This document shows positions 17,663 to 27,385 of a stretch of DNA of 64,000 bases, one piece after another. The notes beneath the pieces are model-generated. The model was not told the DNA's origin, ran no database searches, and worked only from the letters and a program-made list of their open reading frames with translations. The position numbers were made by a program, and so were the translations under genes. The DNA lies in NCBI GenBank assembly GCA_041662565.1, contig JBAZSE010000003.1, forward strand, positions 108,636-172,635, in the 5' to 3' direction. Within the stretch, counting starts at the first letter, position 1. Every line of letters starts with the position of its first letter. Source of the stretch: Patescibacteria group bacterium. Lineage in GTDB: Bacteria > Patescibacteriota > Patescibacteriia > UBA1558 > UBA10009.

Positions 17663-18644
17663 AATTCAAATCTTTAGCTTCTTTTAAAGTCAACAAACCG
17701 TTTTGCGCGCCGATTTTTCGGACCACGAAATTGCTCCTAATAATAGCCAAATGCAAGGATTTTTCCACATCACCTTGATAAAGAATTAAACCGCCAATCA
17801 AGCTGGATCCAAAGGCGTCACCGGCGCCGGTGGTATTAACGGCTTTAAAAGGCAGGGCTTTTTTAAAATAAACTTGTTTTTGGGAGTAAACATATGCTCC
17901 TCTGGGCCCATCGGAAATACTAACAATACTGGGCCCGAGTGAAGCCAAGATTTCCAAAAGTTCGGGCACTTTAGAAACTTTTTTGCCAAAACTAGAAACC
18001 AATTCCATGGCTTCCTGTTTATTTAAAATTAAAACATCGCATTTCCGCAGATATTTTTTTAACCATTGGTATCCTTTGGCTAATTGAATCCCGCCGGGAT
18101 TCCAAGCAACTTTAATTTTTCTTTTTTCGGCCGAATCAAAAATTATCTGCAAATTATCCTGCCAAAATTCGCCAGACAAGGAAGTAACATAATACCACTG
18201 TGTTTTAAATGATAACAGATTGCTTATCGATAGTTGAAATCGGTCATTGGCGGCGCGATGAGTAAAAATAACATGATCATTGCCTTGGCCGGCCGTAATA
18301 ACAAATGATAAACCGGTCCAATAATGAGCAATTTGCTGCAAACCCTTAACATTTATGCCTTCTTTTTTAAAATGCTGGATAATTTTTAAGGAAGAAGGAT
18401 CAGCTCCAAGAGCGCCAACTAAAGCAACTTTTAGATCCAATCGGGCAAAACCAACAGCACTGTTTCCTCCTCCACCGCCAAAAGTGTAAACAACTTCTTT
18501 ATCGCTAACAATTTTATCACCGGCTTCAAAAGCAAACAGCTTGTTCGCTCCACCTGTTTGAGGATTTTTTAAAACCTGAAGATCATCCGTGTGGAACATG
18601 ATATCTTCGGTAATTCCGCCAATTGAGATAACATCGTATTTCAT
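17652..18644 (-). CDS. PfkB-family carbohydrate kinase (ribokinase-like)
   Basis: N-terminal GG motif (TFGGGGGNSAVGFARL). C-terminal NTTGAGDAFGSSLIGG anion-hole/catalytic Asp motif. Confidence 0.8.
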   Translation of the reverse strand: MKYDVISIGGITEDIMFHTDDLQVLKNPQTGGANKLFAFEAGDKIVSDKEVVYTFGGGGGNSAVGFARLDLKVALVGALGADPSSLKIIQHFKKEGINVKGLQQIAHYWTGLSFVITAGQGNDHVIFTHRAANDRFQLSISNLLSFKTQWYYVTSLSGEFWQDNLQIIFDSAEKRKIKVAWNPGGIQLAKGYQWLKKYLRKCDVLILNKQEAMELVSSFGKKVSKVPELLEILASLGPSIVSISDGPRGAYVYSQKQVYFKKALPFKAVNTTGAGDAFGSSLIGGLILYQGDVEKSLHLAIIRSNFVVRKIGAQNGLLTLKEAKDLNYVQ

Positions 18645-18652
18645 AAATACTG

Positions 18653-18772
18653 TGTCATTCCGACCGAGCGCAGGCCAGCTGAGCTGGTCGAAGCGAGCAG
18701 AGGAATCCCTTATACCTTAGCTTAACCGATAAGGGATTTCTCGACTCGCCCTGCGGACTTGCTCGAAATGAC
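18653..18772. repeat. Palindromic extragenic element, copy A of a two-copy family
   Basis: gtcattccgaccgagcgc...gctcgaaatgac outer inverted arms with nested inverted repeats (ccagctgagctgg; gaggaatccc...gggatttctc). It shares arm sequence with the element at 34029-34148. It abuts the PfkB start codon. Confidence 0.6.
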
Positions 18773-18779
18773 AATAAAA

Positions 18780-20411
18780 TTATTCTTTTGAATACATTTC
18801 ATCTTTCTTTTCTTTCAAAAAAGCGATCCATTCTTCAATAACTTCCAAAAATATCTTTAATGGCGCTTCAATGATGAAATCCAAGATAAAAACAAAAACG
18901 TTGATTTTGGAAAACTTTTCCGAAAGCCAATGACCGGCTTTTAAAAAAGGCAAAGCAAAAAGGTTGACCAAAAAAACCAAAGGATTTTCTTTTTTATCAA
19001 TGACGGTTAAATCCTTAACTTTCATTCTCATTTTAATGCCAAAAAAGCTGACTAATGATAAAAACAACAAAAAGATCAGCTTACTAAAAATATTAAATTT
19101 CAATAAATTCAACAAATACAACAAAACGCTAAATGACAAATAAAATAAAGCCAAATAAAGAGCGTAAAATACAATTACAAAAAATTTACTTCGCTTGATT
19201 ACCCCGCCAATGGTAGTTTTAACCGATGTTGCCAAGGGCTGTTCCACCACTTCCTGAGCCAAAGCCACTACCCGATTGGTATTTTTTTTGGAAGGAATCC
19301 TGATAAATATTCCCAGCAAAAAAATCAAAAAAGGCGGGAACAGGGCGTTAATGGCCAAAGGCAAATACATAACTTTATGGGCAATGTAATAATCATAAGG
19401 AAATTCCAAGATCAAAGCCAAAACCATTTTAGTTAAAAACAGATAAATTACCACCCGCACAATGCTGCGCCTAAGCTTTGTCCTGGTGTTTTTATACATT
19501 TTATCGCAAGCGGAACGAATGGCCAGCTCCAGTTGAGCGGGATTTTTAAACAACCGATCCGCGTCATCAGGATTTTCGGAAATAATATCCCGCAGGACAT
19601 AAAAAACAAAAGCGGATTTTTTAAAGAAACGATAAAGCTTTTCGGCCAAATAATATTTTCTTCTTTTTTCAATTTCCTTCTTTAAATTGTTGATTTTTTT
19701 GGCTACCGGCAATAAATCAACGGGCTGAACGTTTTTCCAATCGGGATAAAAATAACGCAACAACTTATAATCCATCATTACTTCGTCGGATTTTACCAAG
19801 GCCCGATAAATTGCCAGATAAATATACAAATCCTTTTCCAAATCGCTTGAGCTAGGATCATTAATTGCCACTACCGGGCGCATCACCTTAAACATGTACT
19901 CGACCAATGCCTGATTGGCCAGCGGTGGCATTAAGCATTCTTCAATTTCGCAAGAACAAAGCCCGAGTAGCCATTTAAACAATTTAGCCCCGTTATCACT
20001 GCTTTTTTTGGAACCGCTTAAATTATACAGGGTTAAATATTTGGTAATGATCTTATCAACTTCTTCGGTTTTGCTAAAAGGAATAAGATTGTTTTCCAAA
20101 TAACCGGCACGGATCAGTTCTTTAACCAGGCCAAGCGATAAATCTTCAGTCGTTACCTTAATCATCAAGCGCCTTTGCAAAATCCTAAAGATCGCCGCCT
20201 TTCTCATTAAGTGATCCTCTTTATAATCAATGGCGTTGCGGATTTTCTCGTAAATAAAAGCAACCCTAGAGACAAAACTGTCTACTTGGATTCTGGAGAT
20301 TTCTTCTGTTGAGGAGTAAAAAACTTTCGGATCGGACCGTTTAATTTGCTCAATAAACCTTCTGGCTGATGAAGTTATGGGCATAATATTATGTTCTACA
20401 TTATACAACAA
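18780..20411 (-). CDS. Hypothetical polytopic membrane protein (soluble N-terminal half, multi-TM C-terminal half)
   Basis: 543-aa ORF with several hydrophobic helices in the C-terminal 250 aa. No recognised motif. Confidence 0.45.
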   Translation of the reverse strand: MLYNVEHNIMPITSSARRFIEQIKRSDPKVFYSSTEEISRIQVDSFVSRVAFIYEKIRNAIDYKEDHLMRKAAIFRILQRRLMIKVTTEDLSLGLVKELIRAGYLENNLIPFSKTEEVDKIITKYLTLYNLSGSKKSSDNGAKLFKWLLGLCSCEIEECLMPPLANQALVEYMFKVMRPVVAINDPSSSDLEKDLYIYLAIYRALVKSDEVMMDYKLLRYFYPDWKNVQPVDLLPVAKKINNLKKEIEKRRKYYLAEKLYRFFKKSAFVFYVLRDIISENPDDADRLFKNPAQLELAIRSACDKMYKNTRTKLRRSIVRVVIYLFLTKMVLALILEFPYDYYIAHKVMYLPLAINALFPPFLIFLLGIFIRIPSKKNTNRVVALAQEVVEQPLATSVKTTIGGVIKRSKFFVIVFYALYLALFYLSFSVLLYLLNLLKFNIFSKLIFLLFLSLVSFFGIKMRMKVKDLTVIDKKENPLVFLVNLFALPFLKAGHWLSEKFSKINVFVFILDFIIEAPLKIFLEVIEEWIAFLKEKKDEMYSKE

Positions 20412-20435
20412 ATATCACGATTTGGCAAAAATAAT

Positions 20436-22703
20436 CTATCCAGATTTATTGTCAAAAAGTTCCGACCAACTTTTCCAACCTTTATCTTTATACGTTCTGT
20501 TAGGATGAGTGGGCCAGTTTAGTTCAGGATTAGCTTTTAAATATGCTTTATAGGAAAGCACGTTTTTAAAACTCATTTTTTTTACCTCTATTTCAAATTG
20601 TGAAAAACTCAAAAAAATTTTACTTTCTCTTTTAAATAATTTCGGCCAACCTTGCCAACCTTTGTCATGATAATAAATTTCTGGTTGAGACGGCCAACTA
20701 CTTTTTGAATTTTCTTTTCTATACCTATAATAATCCTTTTCGCTATCCAATTTCCTACCATCTGGAAAAGTAGTAGCACCCACTTCTAATTGAAATTCAT
20801 CATAATTAAGTAATTTTTCTCTACCAAATAATTTATACCAATCTTCCCAGCCCTTATTTTTATAAAATTGATTTGGATTCGAAGGCCAATTCAGCTCAGG
20901 ATGGTTAATTAAATATTCAGCATATTCTTCCAAACTTTTTAAACCAGCATCTCTGACTGCGATTTCAAAATCCGAATAGATTAAAAATTTTTTCCTTTCT
21001 TTATTAAAAAGCTTTAACCAGCTTTCCCAACCTTTGAATTTATAATGTAAGTCAGGCCTTACTGGCCAGTTTAACTCAGAGTGATTTTTAACGTAATTTT
21101 TGTAATCATCTACTGTTAATAAACCAGCAAATCTTACAGATTGCACGAAGTCATTAAATGTCAATTCCTTTTTTAGATCACTATCTATTCTTCCTTTTTC
21201 AATAAATTGCGATAAAGACCAGACCTCTTGAGGATCCACAATTACTCGCAAATTTTCTATCTGAATATCTGGATTAGAAACGTAACCATGACCAGCGCCC
21301 TTCTTCTCAAAATCTGACCTAACTTCTTTTGGCTCAAGCTCACTAGCCCTCGCGATTTCCGAAAAAGTTATACCCGGCTGACTAGCTTTTTCGTCCACAA
21401 AATCAACAATGTAAGACCATTTTTCTTGGTTATTGGGGTCAAGGCGCAAAACCCGTCCAGCCCGCTGTTCCGCAACCACCCTGGAAAGAGTTGGTTGTAA
21501 ATTTAAGGCCACGCTGGCTTTTGGTTCGTCAAAACCTTCTACCAAAATACGCACATTGCATAAAACCTTTATTTTACCTGATCTAAAATCTTCAATTATC
21601 TCTTTTCTTCTCTCCGGAGAAGTATTTGCTAATAAAACAGCCGAGGAAATGTTTTGCGCCATAAACATTTGTTCCATTTCCTTAGCATGATCTGTTCCAC
21701 CGCAATAAACAATGGCGCTTTGCCCTTCAAACATTTGTTGATACAGCTGGACGGCGGATAAATTACGAGCATGATTATTAACGACCTGCTTCAAAGATGC
21801 TTCGTCGTAATCATCCCCTTTTATTTTGACTTCGGAAAGATCGGTTGAGGTATAAGCCAAAATCGCCTTAAAGCGATTTAGCAGACCTTCTTCCACAGCT
21901 TCTTTAATAGACATCTCATGGATTTTATTGCTCAAAACCTCGCTCACGCCTTTTTCATAGGAATATTGAGGCGTAGCCGTAAAACCCAATTTAACGCAAT
22001 CAAAAGAAGCTAAAGCGTTTTGAGTTTTTTCGCCAATGGCTTTATGGGCTTCATCTAAAATAAGCAATTTAAAATCTTCGGGCTTAAAAGTGCCGTCAGC
22101 CACTCTTTGAACTAATGATTGATAAGTGGTAATTGTAACCTGCTTAGCTAAATCTTTATTTTCTTGAAAATAACTGCCATGTTCCAAATCCGTAAACTCA
22201 TCCAGTTTTGATCCTGTTTGGCCAACTAAAACTTTGGACGGCACAACAATCAAAGTTTTTACACCCATTGCATCTACCACCTGGGAAAATAAAACGGTTT
22301 TACCTACGCCGGTGGGCAATTTAACATAGCCCTCTTTTTGGCCTTCTTCTAAAGAATCCCTAATATCCTCAAAAACCGTAAATTGCCTATCGCGTAAAAC
22401 CCGGTTATCTTCTTGGCTTTTATGTTTTTCAATGTAAACATCTAGGTTATTTAAAACCCCTATCCACTCTTGCATATCATCCAATTCTTCATTGTTAATT
22501 TCAGCAGAGCCCCTATTATATCTTAATAGCTTTAAATAAATCTGATAACGCTCCGGAAATCTGGTTTTAATTTCTTCAATTGGTAACTTAAAAAGATCCT
22601 CTTGTTCCAAAGAGGGCTGCAATTTTTCACCTAAAAGTTCGCTGGAATCAGATACTTGCTGTTCAAGCTGTTCGGGCTGTTTTGGTTGAAACCATTTTTC
22701 CAT
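20436..22703 (-). CDS. SF2 DEAD/DEAH-box helicase (type III restriction Res-subunit-like core) with four C-terminal ~60-aa tandem repeats
   Basis: Motif I LPTGVGKTVL. Motif II ILDEAHKAIG. Motif VI QRAGRVLR. The C-terminus carries four repeats of the form NWPxxPxxxYKxKGWxxWxxLF. Confidence 0.75.
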   Translation of the reverse strand: MEKWFQPKQPEQLEQQVSDSSELLGEKLQPSLEQEDLFKLPIEEIKTRFPERYQIYLKLLRYNRGSAEINNEELDDMQEWIGVLNNLDVYIEKHKSQEDNRVLRDRQFTVFEDIRDSLEEGQKEGYVKLPTGVGKTVLFSQVVDAMGVKTLIVVPSKVLVGQTGSKLDEFTDLEHGSYFQENKDLAKQVTITTYQSLVQRVADGTFKPEDFKLLILDEAHKAIGEKTQNALASFDCVKLGFTATPQYSYEKGVSEVLSNKIHEMSIKEAVEEGLLNRFKAILAYTSTDLSEVKIKGDDYDEASLKQVVNNHARNLSAVQLYQQMFEGQSAIVYCGGTDHAKEMEQMFMAQNISSAVLLANTSPERRKEIIEDFRSGKIKVLCNVRILVEGFDEPKASVALNLQPTLSRVVAEQRAGRVLRLDPNNQEKWSYIVDFVDEKASQPGITFSEIARASELEPKEVRSDFEKKGAGHGYVSNPDIQIENLRVIVDPQEVWSLSQFIEKGRIDSDLKKELTFNDFVQSVRFAGLLTVDDYKNYVKNHSELNWPVRPDLHYKFKGWESWLKLFNKERKKFLIYSDFEIAVRDAGLKSLEEYAEYLINHPELNWPSNPNQFYKNKGWEDWYKLFGREKLLNYDEFQLEVGATTFPDGRKLDSEKDYYRYRKENSKSSWPSQPEIYYHDKGWQGWPKLFKRESKIFLSFSQFEIEVKKMSFKNVLSYKAYLKANPELNWPTHPNRTYKDKGWKSWSELFDNKSG

Positions 22704-22713
22704 AGATTATTTT

Positions 22714-24141
22714 TTATTTAATCCACACCGTTTTAACATTAACAAATTCCCTAATGCCAAAGGATGAAAGCTCGCGGCCATAACCGGAATTTTTAATACC
22801 GCCAAAAGGCAACCTGGGATCGGATTTGACCATACCATTTATAAATACGCTACCCGATTCGATTAAAGTTGCCAGTTGCTTAGCCTTAACTATATCCTTA
22901 GTCCACAATGAAGCCCCTAGCCCAAATGGAGTGTCGTTGGCCACCCGAATTGCCTCTTGCTCATCTTTAACAATAATTACAGCCGCCACCGGTCCAAAAA
23001 CTTCTTCATTATAAACAGGCATATTTGACGAAATATTTGACAAGATAGTAGGCTCATAAAAATACCCTACTCTGTCCAGCTTCCTGCCTCCAACTTCCAC
23101 TTTTGCACCTAATTTGACCGATTCATCAACTTGCCTAATGACATCGTTAAGAATTTGCTCGGTAGCCAGTGGACCCATTTCGGTTTTTAGATCCAACGGA
23201 TCACCTGTAATGGTATTTTTGAATTCAACAGACATGGCCGTGATGAATTTATCGGCAATTTCTTTAACCACAATAAAACGTTTAGCGGCAATACAACTTT
23301 GACCGGAGTTTTGCAGACGCGCGATTTTGGCTATTTTGGCCGCATTTTGAATATCAGCGTCAGCCAAAACTATAAACGGATCACTGCCACCCAGTTCCAA
23401 AACGGTTTTTTTAATTTGCGAACCGGCTTTTGAAGCTACTTGTCGTCCGGCGTTTTCCGAACCGGTTAAAGTAACAGCGCTCACGCTTGGATGTTTAATA
23501 ACTTCAGACACTCGACTGGAACCTATTAAAAGGGTTTGGAAAACGCCGGCCGGAAAACCTACTTGTAAAAAGGCCCGTTCAATGGCTAAAGCGCATTGCG
23601 GCACATTGGAAGCATGCTTAAGCAAACCAACATTGCCGGCCATGATGGCCGGAGCGGCAAAACGAAACACCTGCCAAAATGGAAAATTCCAGGGCATAAT
23701 GGCTAAAACCCCGCCTAACGGTTCAAAAGACACATAGCTTTCGGAAGCTTCGGTTGCGACTTTTTCATCGGCTAAAATTTTTTCGGCGTTATCAGCGTAA
23801 TAATCACAAACCAAAGCGCATTTTTCAATTCCAGATATTGTTCCACTCATTGGTTTACCCATTTCCAAAGAGCACAAACGGCCTAAATAATTTTTATTTT
23901 CCCTTAAATTATTGGCCAGCATTTTCATTAACACTGATTTTTCGGCAAAGCTAACAAAACGCCAACGTTTAAAAACCTCGGCTGACAAAATCAGTTTTTG
24001 CTGAAGCTCAGCATTGGTCAATTCTGGAAATTCCTGCATTACTTCCAGAGTCGCGGGATTTTTAGAAATATAGGGCATATATAGATTTAAGCTAGAAAAT
24101 AGGGCGAGGGCAAAAAAATTTTTACTTGGCCGAGCCCGCAA
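22714..24141 (-). CDS. NAD(P)-dependent aldehyde dehydrogenase
   Basis: ELGGSDP catalytic Glu motif and GQSCIAAKR catalytic Cys motif. 475 aa. Confidence 0.85.
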   Translation of the reverse strand: MRARPSKNFFALALFSSLNLYMPYISKNPATLEVMQEFPELTNAELQQKLILSAEVFKRWRFVSFAEKSVLMKMLANNLRENKNYLGRLCSLEMGKPMSGTISGIEKCALVCDYYADNAEKILADEKVATEASESYVSFEPLGGVLAIMPWNFPFWQVFRFAAPAIMAGNVGLLKHASNVPQCALAIERAFLQVGFPAGVFQTLLIGSSRVSEVIKHPSVSAVTLTGSENAGRQVASKAGSQIKKTVLELGGSDPFIVLADADIQNAAKIAKIARLQNSGQSCIAAKRFIVVKEIADKFITAMSVEFKNTITGDPLDLKTEMGPLATEQILNDVIRQVDESVKLGAKVEVGGRKLDRVGYFYEPTILSNISSNMPVYNEEVFGPVAAVIIVKDEQEAIRVANDTPFGLGASLWTKDIVKAKQLATLIESGSVFINGMVKSDPRLPFGGIKNSGYGRELSSFGIREFVNVKTVWIK

Positions 24142-24146
24142 TTAAA

Positions 24147-25790
24147 TTACAAATCACAAGTTTTCTTCTTTAATTCTTCATTAAACACCAAAATATTTTC
24201 CGAATAATCAATAGGGCAATCAATTATCTTAACTCCTGGCATTTTCATCACTTTTACCAGCAAAGGTTTAAAATCTTCGGACCTTTCCAATCTAAAACCT
24301 TGAGCACCATAGCTTTCGGCGTATTTTACAAAATCCGGATTACCGAAAGACAAGCCAAAATCCTGATAATTGGCTGCCGCCTGTTTCCATTTAATCATAC
24401 CAAAACCGTTATCATTTAAAATAACCACTGTTAAGTTGAGCTTTAACCTTACGGCTGTTTCCATTTCCTGCGAATTCATCATAAATCCTCCATCGCCCAC
24501 CAAAGCCAAAACTTCGATTTCAGGATTAAGCAGTTTAGCGGCAATTGCCGATGGCAAACCTCCGCCCATTGTAGCCAAAGCATTATCCAATAAAACAGTA
24601 TTTTGTTCTTTAGCCGGATAAGCACGGGCGATCCATAATTTATACATGCCGTTATCCAAAGATAAAATGCCATCACTTGGCATAACTTCCCGTAATTCCT
24701 TAACCATTCTTTGGGGTTTAAGAGGAAAACCGGAATCTTTGGTTTTTTCCGACAAATGGTCCAATAATTTTTTTCGCAAACGCTGGTAATACGAAAAATC
24801 CCAATGCGCAGAGGGTTGAATTTTTTCTGTCATTGCCCAAATAGAATGAGCTACATCCCCAATCACCTCACAAACAGGCAAATAAACATCATCAACTTCC
24901 GCTTCAGAAAAGTTTACATGAATCACTTGATGTTGGTCGGGCGTTAAAATAACCGGCGGTTTTTCGGTAATATCATGACCTACGGCAATTACCAAATCGG
25001 CCTTGGCAAAAGCGCAATGGATATAATCGCCCGAGCTTAAAGCGGTATTGCCCAAGTAATATTCGGAAGTTTCATCAATTACCCCCTTGCCCATTTGAGT
25101 GGTAGCAAAAGGAATTTTGGTTTTAGCAATAAATTTTTCCAAATGTTTGCGAATTCGTTTGCGGTTGGCACCCGAACCAATCAAAATTAGCGGATGCTTG
25201 GCCTTTGAAATTAACTCAACGGCTTGATCTATGGCTTCCGGATCAGGCCCGGCGCGCCTAACCAAAATTGGTTGATAGGGCTGTAAATCGGTAAGTTCTC
25301 CTGCAATATCTTCGGGCAATTCCAAATGTACCGCGCCGGGCCGCTCGGCTTCAGCGCTTTTAAAGGCCTGCCTAATTAATGATGGTATGCGGTCAACCGA
25401 GGCAATGCTTTGGGAAAATTTGGTTAAAGGCGCCATCATTTTTACCACATCAATTATCTGAAAACGGCCCTGTTTGCTTTTTTTAAGGGGTTTTTGCCCG
25501 GTAATAACTACGATCGGCATACCGCCAAGCTGGGCATGGGCAATGGCCGTAACCATATTGGTAGCGCCAGGCCCTAAGGTGGATAAGGCCACTCCGGCCT
25601 TGCCTGTTAAACGCCCTATTGTTGCAGCCATAAAAACCGCGGCTTGTTCGTGACGGGTAGCAACAAATCTTATCTTTGACTTGCGGATTGCTTCCAATAA
25701 ATCCAAATTTTCTTCGCCAGGTACGCCAAAAATATATTTAACACCTTCAAGTTCTAAAGCGGCAATAAATAAATCAGCAGCAGTTTTCAT
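24147..25790 (-). CDS. Thiamine-pyrophosphate-dependent enzyme, acetolactate-synthase large-subunit family
   Basis: N-terminal Pyr domain (GVPGEENLDLLEA). C-terminal TPP-binding GDGGFMMNSQEMETAV...NDNGFGMI motif. Confidence 0.75.
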   Translation of the reverse strand: MKTAADLFIAALELEGVKYIFGVPGEENLDLLEAIRKSKIRFVATRHEQAAVFMAATIGRLTGKAGVALSTLGPGATNMVTAIAHAQLGGMPIVVITGQKPLKKSKQGRFQIIDVVKMMAPLTKFSQSIASVDRIPSLIRQAFKSAEAERPGAVHLELPEDIAGELTDLQPYQPILVRRAGPDPEAIDQAVELISKAKHPLILIGSGANRKRIRKHLEKFIAKTKIPFATTQMGKGVIDETSEYYLGNTALSSGDYIHCAFAKADLVIAVGHDITEKPPVILTPDQHQVIHVNFSEAEVDDVYLPVCEVIGDVAHSIWAMTEKIQPSAHWDFSYYQRLRKKLLDHLSEKTKDSGFPLKPQRMVKELREVMPSDGILSLDNGMYKLWIARAYPAKEQNTVLLDNALATMGGGLPSAIAAKLLNPEIEVLALVGDGGFMMNSQEMETAVRLKLNLTVVILNDNGFGMIKWKQAAANYQDFGLSFGNPDFVKYAESYGAQGFRLERSEDFKPLLVKVMKMPGVKIIDCPIDYSENILVFNEELKKKTCDL

Positions 25791-25820
25791 TTGATAAATT
25801 AGAATTAGTTGCTTACTTAA

Positions 25821-27080
25821 TTATAAAAATAAACTCACAATAAATGCCATCCCCGCCATAGCCATTAAACCTAAACTCATGTAGCCAAAAAAGTTTGACC
25901 AAAAGCCATTAACATTTTCACCCATGATTTTTGACTTATTAGCCACCACAATAATCATCCCTATAAATAACGGGGCAATTAAGCCATTTAACACAGCGGA
26001 ATAAATTAAGGCCTTAATCGGATTTAAATTAGCAAAATTCATTAAAATACCGGCCACAATGGATAAAGCCATAATGCCGTAAAAACCATAGGCACGGCGC
26101 CATTTAAGAGATAAGCCCTCTTTCCATTTTAACAATTCTGCCAAAGCATAGGCGGTACTGCCGGCTAAAACCGGAATTGCCAATAAGCCGGTGCCGATAA
26201 TTCCAACGGTAAACAATAAATAAGTAAAATCACCGGCTAATGGGCGTAATGCCAAGGCCGCTTCGGCCGCTGAACCAATGTTGTAAATGCCAAAACGATG
26301 CAAAGTTACTGCCGTTGTAATAATAATAAAAAAGGTGGTTAAGTTGGAAAAAAGCATACCGGAAATTACATCAAAACGCATGCGTTTTAACTCCTCTGAA
26401 GTTACTCCCTTGCGTTCTTTAATGGTTGATCGTCCTTCGGCAATTTCTTCTTCCAATTCCTGGCCGGCCTGCCAAAAAAATAAGTAAGGCGAAATGGTTG
26501 TGCCCAAAAAAGCCACCAATATCATTAAATATCCTTTAGACCATTCCCAATGAATTAAAAACAAATTGCGCCAAACTTCGGGCCAATCGGTTACCACTAA
26601 CAACGCTGTTGCCCAGTATGCCAGCAAGCTTAGGCAGAGCCATTTTAAAATATGAAAATAAACCCGGTAGCTTAAAATAATTTCCAAAAATAATGAAAGT
26701 ACGGCGATTAAAACAATTAATAAAAATGTTGGGGCGCTTGGAGCCAATAAATTTACGGCCGAAGCCATCATGCCCAAATCCCCTCCAATGTTAAAAGTGT
26801 TGGCCAAAAATAAAAGCGCTACTGCCAAACCCAAAACCTTTTGACTGTAAAAACGCTTAAAAGTGGCGGCTAATCCTTGGCCGCTAACCATGGTAATGCG
26901 GGCGCACATTTCTTGCACGGCAATCATCAATGGCAAGGTAAATAAAGCGCCCCACAACAGCTTAAAGCCGTATTGCGCGCCGGCGGATGAATAAGTGGCA
27001 ATACCCGATGGATCATCATCGGCCGAACCAGTAATCAGCCCCGGCCCCAGCTTTTTAAAAAATTTGGCAATGATTCTCAT
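25821..27080 (-). CDS. mntH: NRAMP-family divalent metal (Mn2+/Fe2+) transporter
   Basis: GPGLITGSADDDPSGIATYSSAGAQYGFKLLW is the NRAMP consensus. 11-12 TM helices. Confidence 0.85.
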   Translation of the reverse strand: MRIIAKFFKKLGPGLITGSADDDPSGIATYSSAGAQYGFKLLWGALFTLPLMIAVQEMCARITMVSGQGLAATFKRFYSQKVLGLAVALLFLANTFNIGGDLGMMASAVNLLAPSAPTFLLIVLIAVLSLFLEIILSYRVYFHILKWLCLSLLAYWATALLVVTDWPEVWRNLFLIHWEWSKGYLMILVAFLGTTISPYLFFWQAGQELEEEIAEGRSTIKERKGVTSEELKRMRFDVISGMLFSNLTTFFIIITTAVTLHRFGIYNIGSAAEAALALRPLAGDFTYLLFTVGIIGTGLLAIPVLAGSTAYALAELLKWKEGLSLKWRRAYGFYGIMALSIVAGILMNFANLNPIKALIYSAVLNGLIAPLFIGMIIVVANKSKIMGENVNGFWSNFFGYMSLGLMAMAGMAFIVSLFL

Positions 27081-27141
27081 GATGCTATTTTTAGTGCTAA
27101 TCGTTAGTTAATTTTAATGTAAAACAAGCATTTTAGCAATC

Positions 27142-27177
27142 AAAGAAAAAACCACCAAATTGCTTTGATGGTTTTTT
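27142..27177. promoter_or_regulatory. Bidirectional hairpin flanked by an A-tract and a T-tract in the divergent intergenic region (possible leader attenuator of the NRAMP gene)
   Basis: aaaaaaccaccaaaTTGCtttgatggtttttt: 13-bp stem with one mismatch, sitting ~75 nt upstream of the NRAMP ATG on the minus strand. Confidence 0.35.
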
Positions 27178-27385
27178 CAATGGCTCAACAGTCGGATTAA
27201 GAGCCACTCTTTTAAGGGTTCTTTAATCATTTATGGGGCTATTTTGGAAGCACTCGGGTTAAGGGTTAAATTAGCCAAATAAGACAAAAAAAGTAAGCTG
27301 ATTTTAAAAGATAAAAAAGTGAGGGTTTTATGGTCTGTGGATAAATTATATGGATTTTATATAGGTATCATATTATAATATATAT

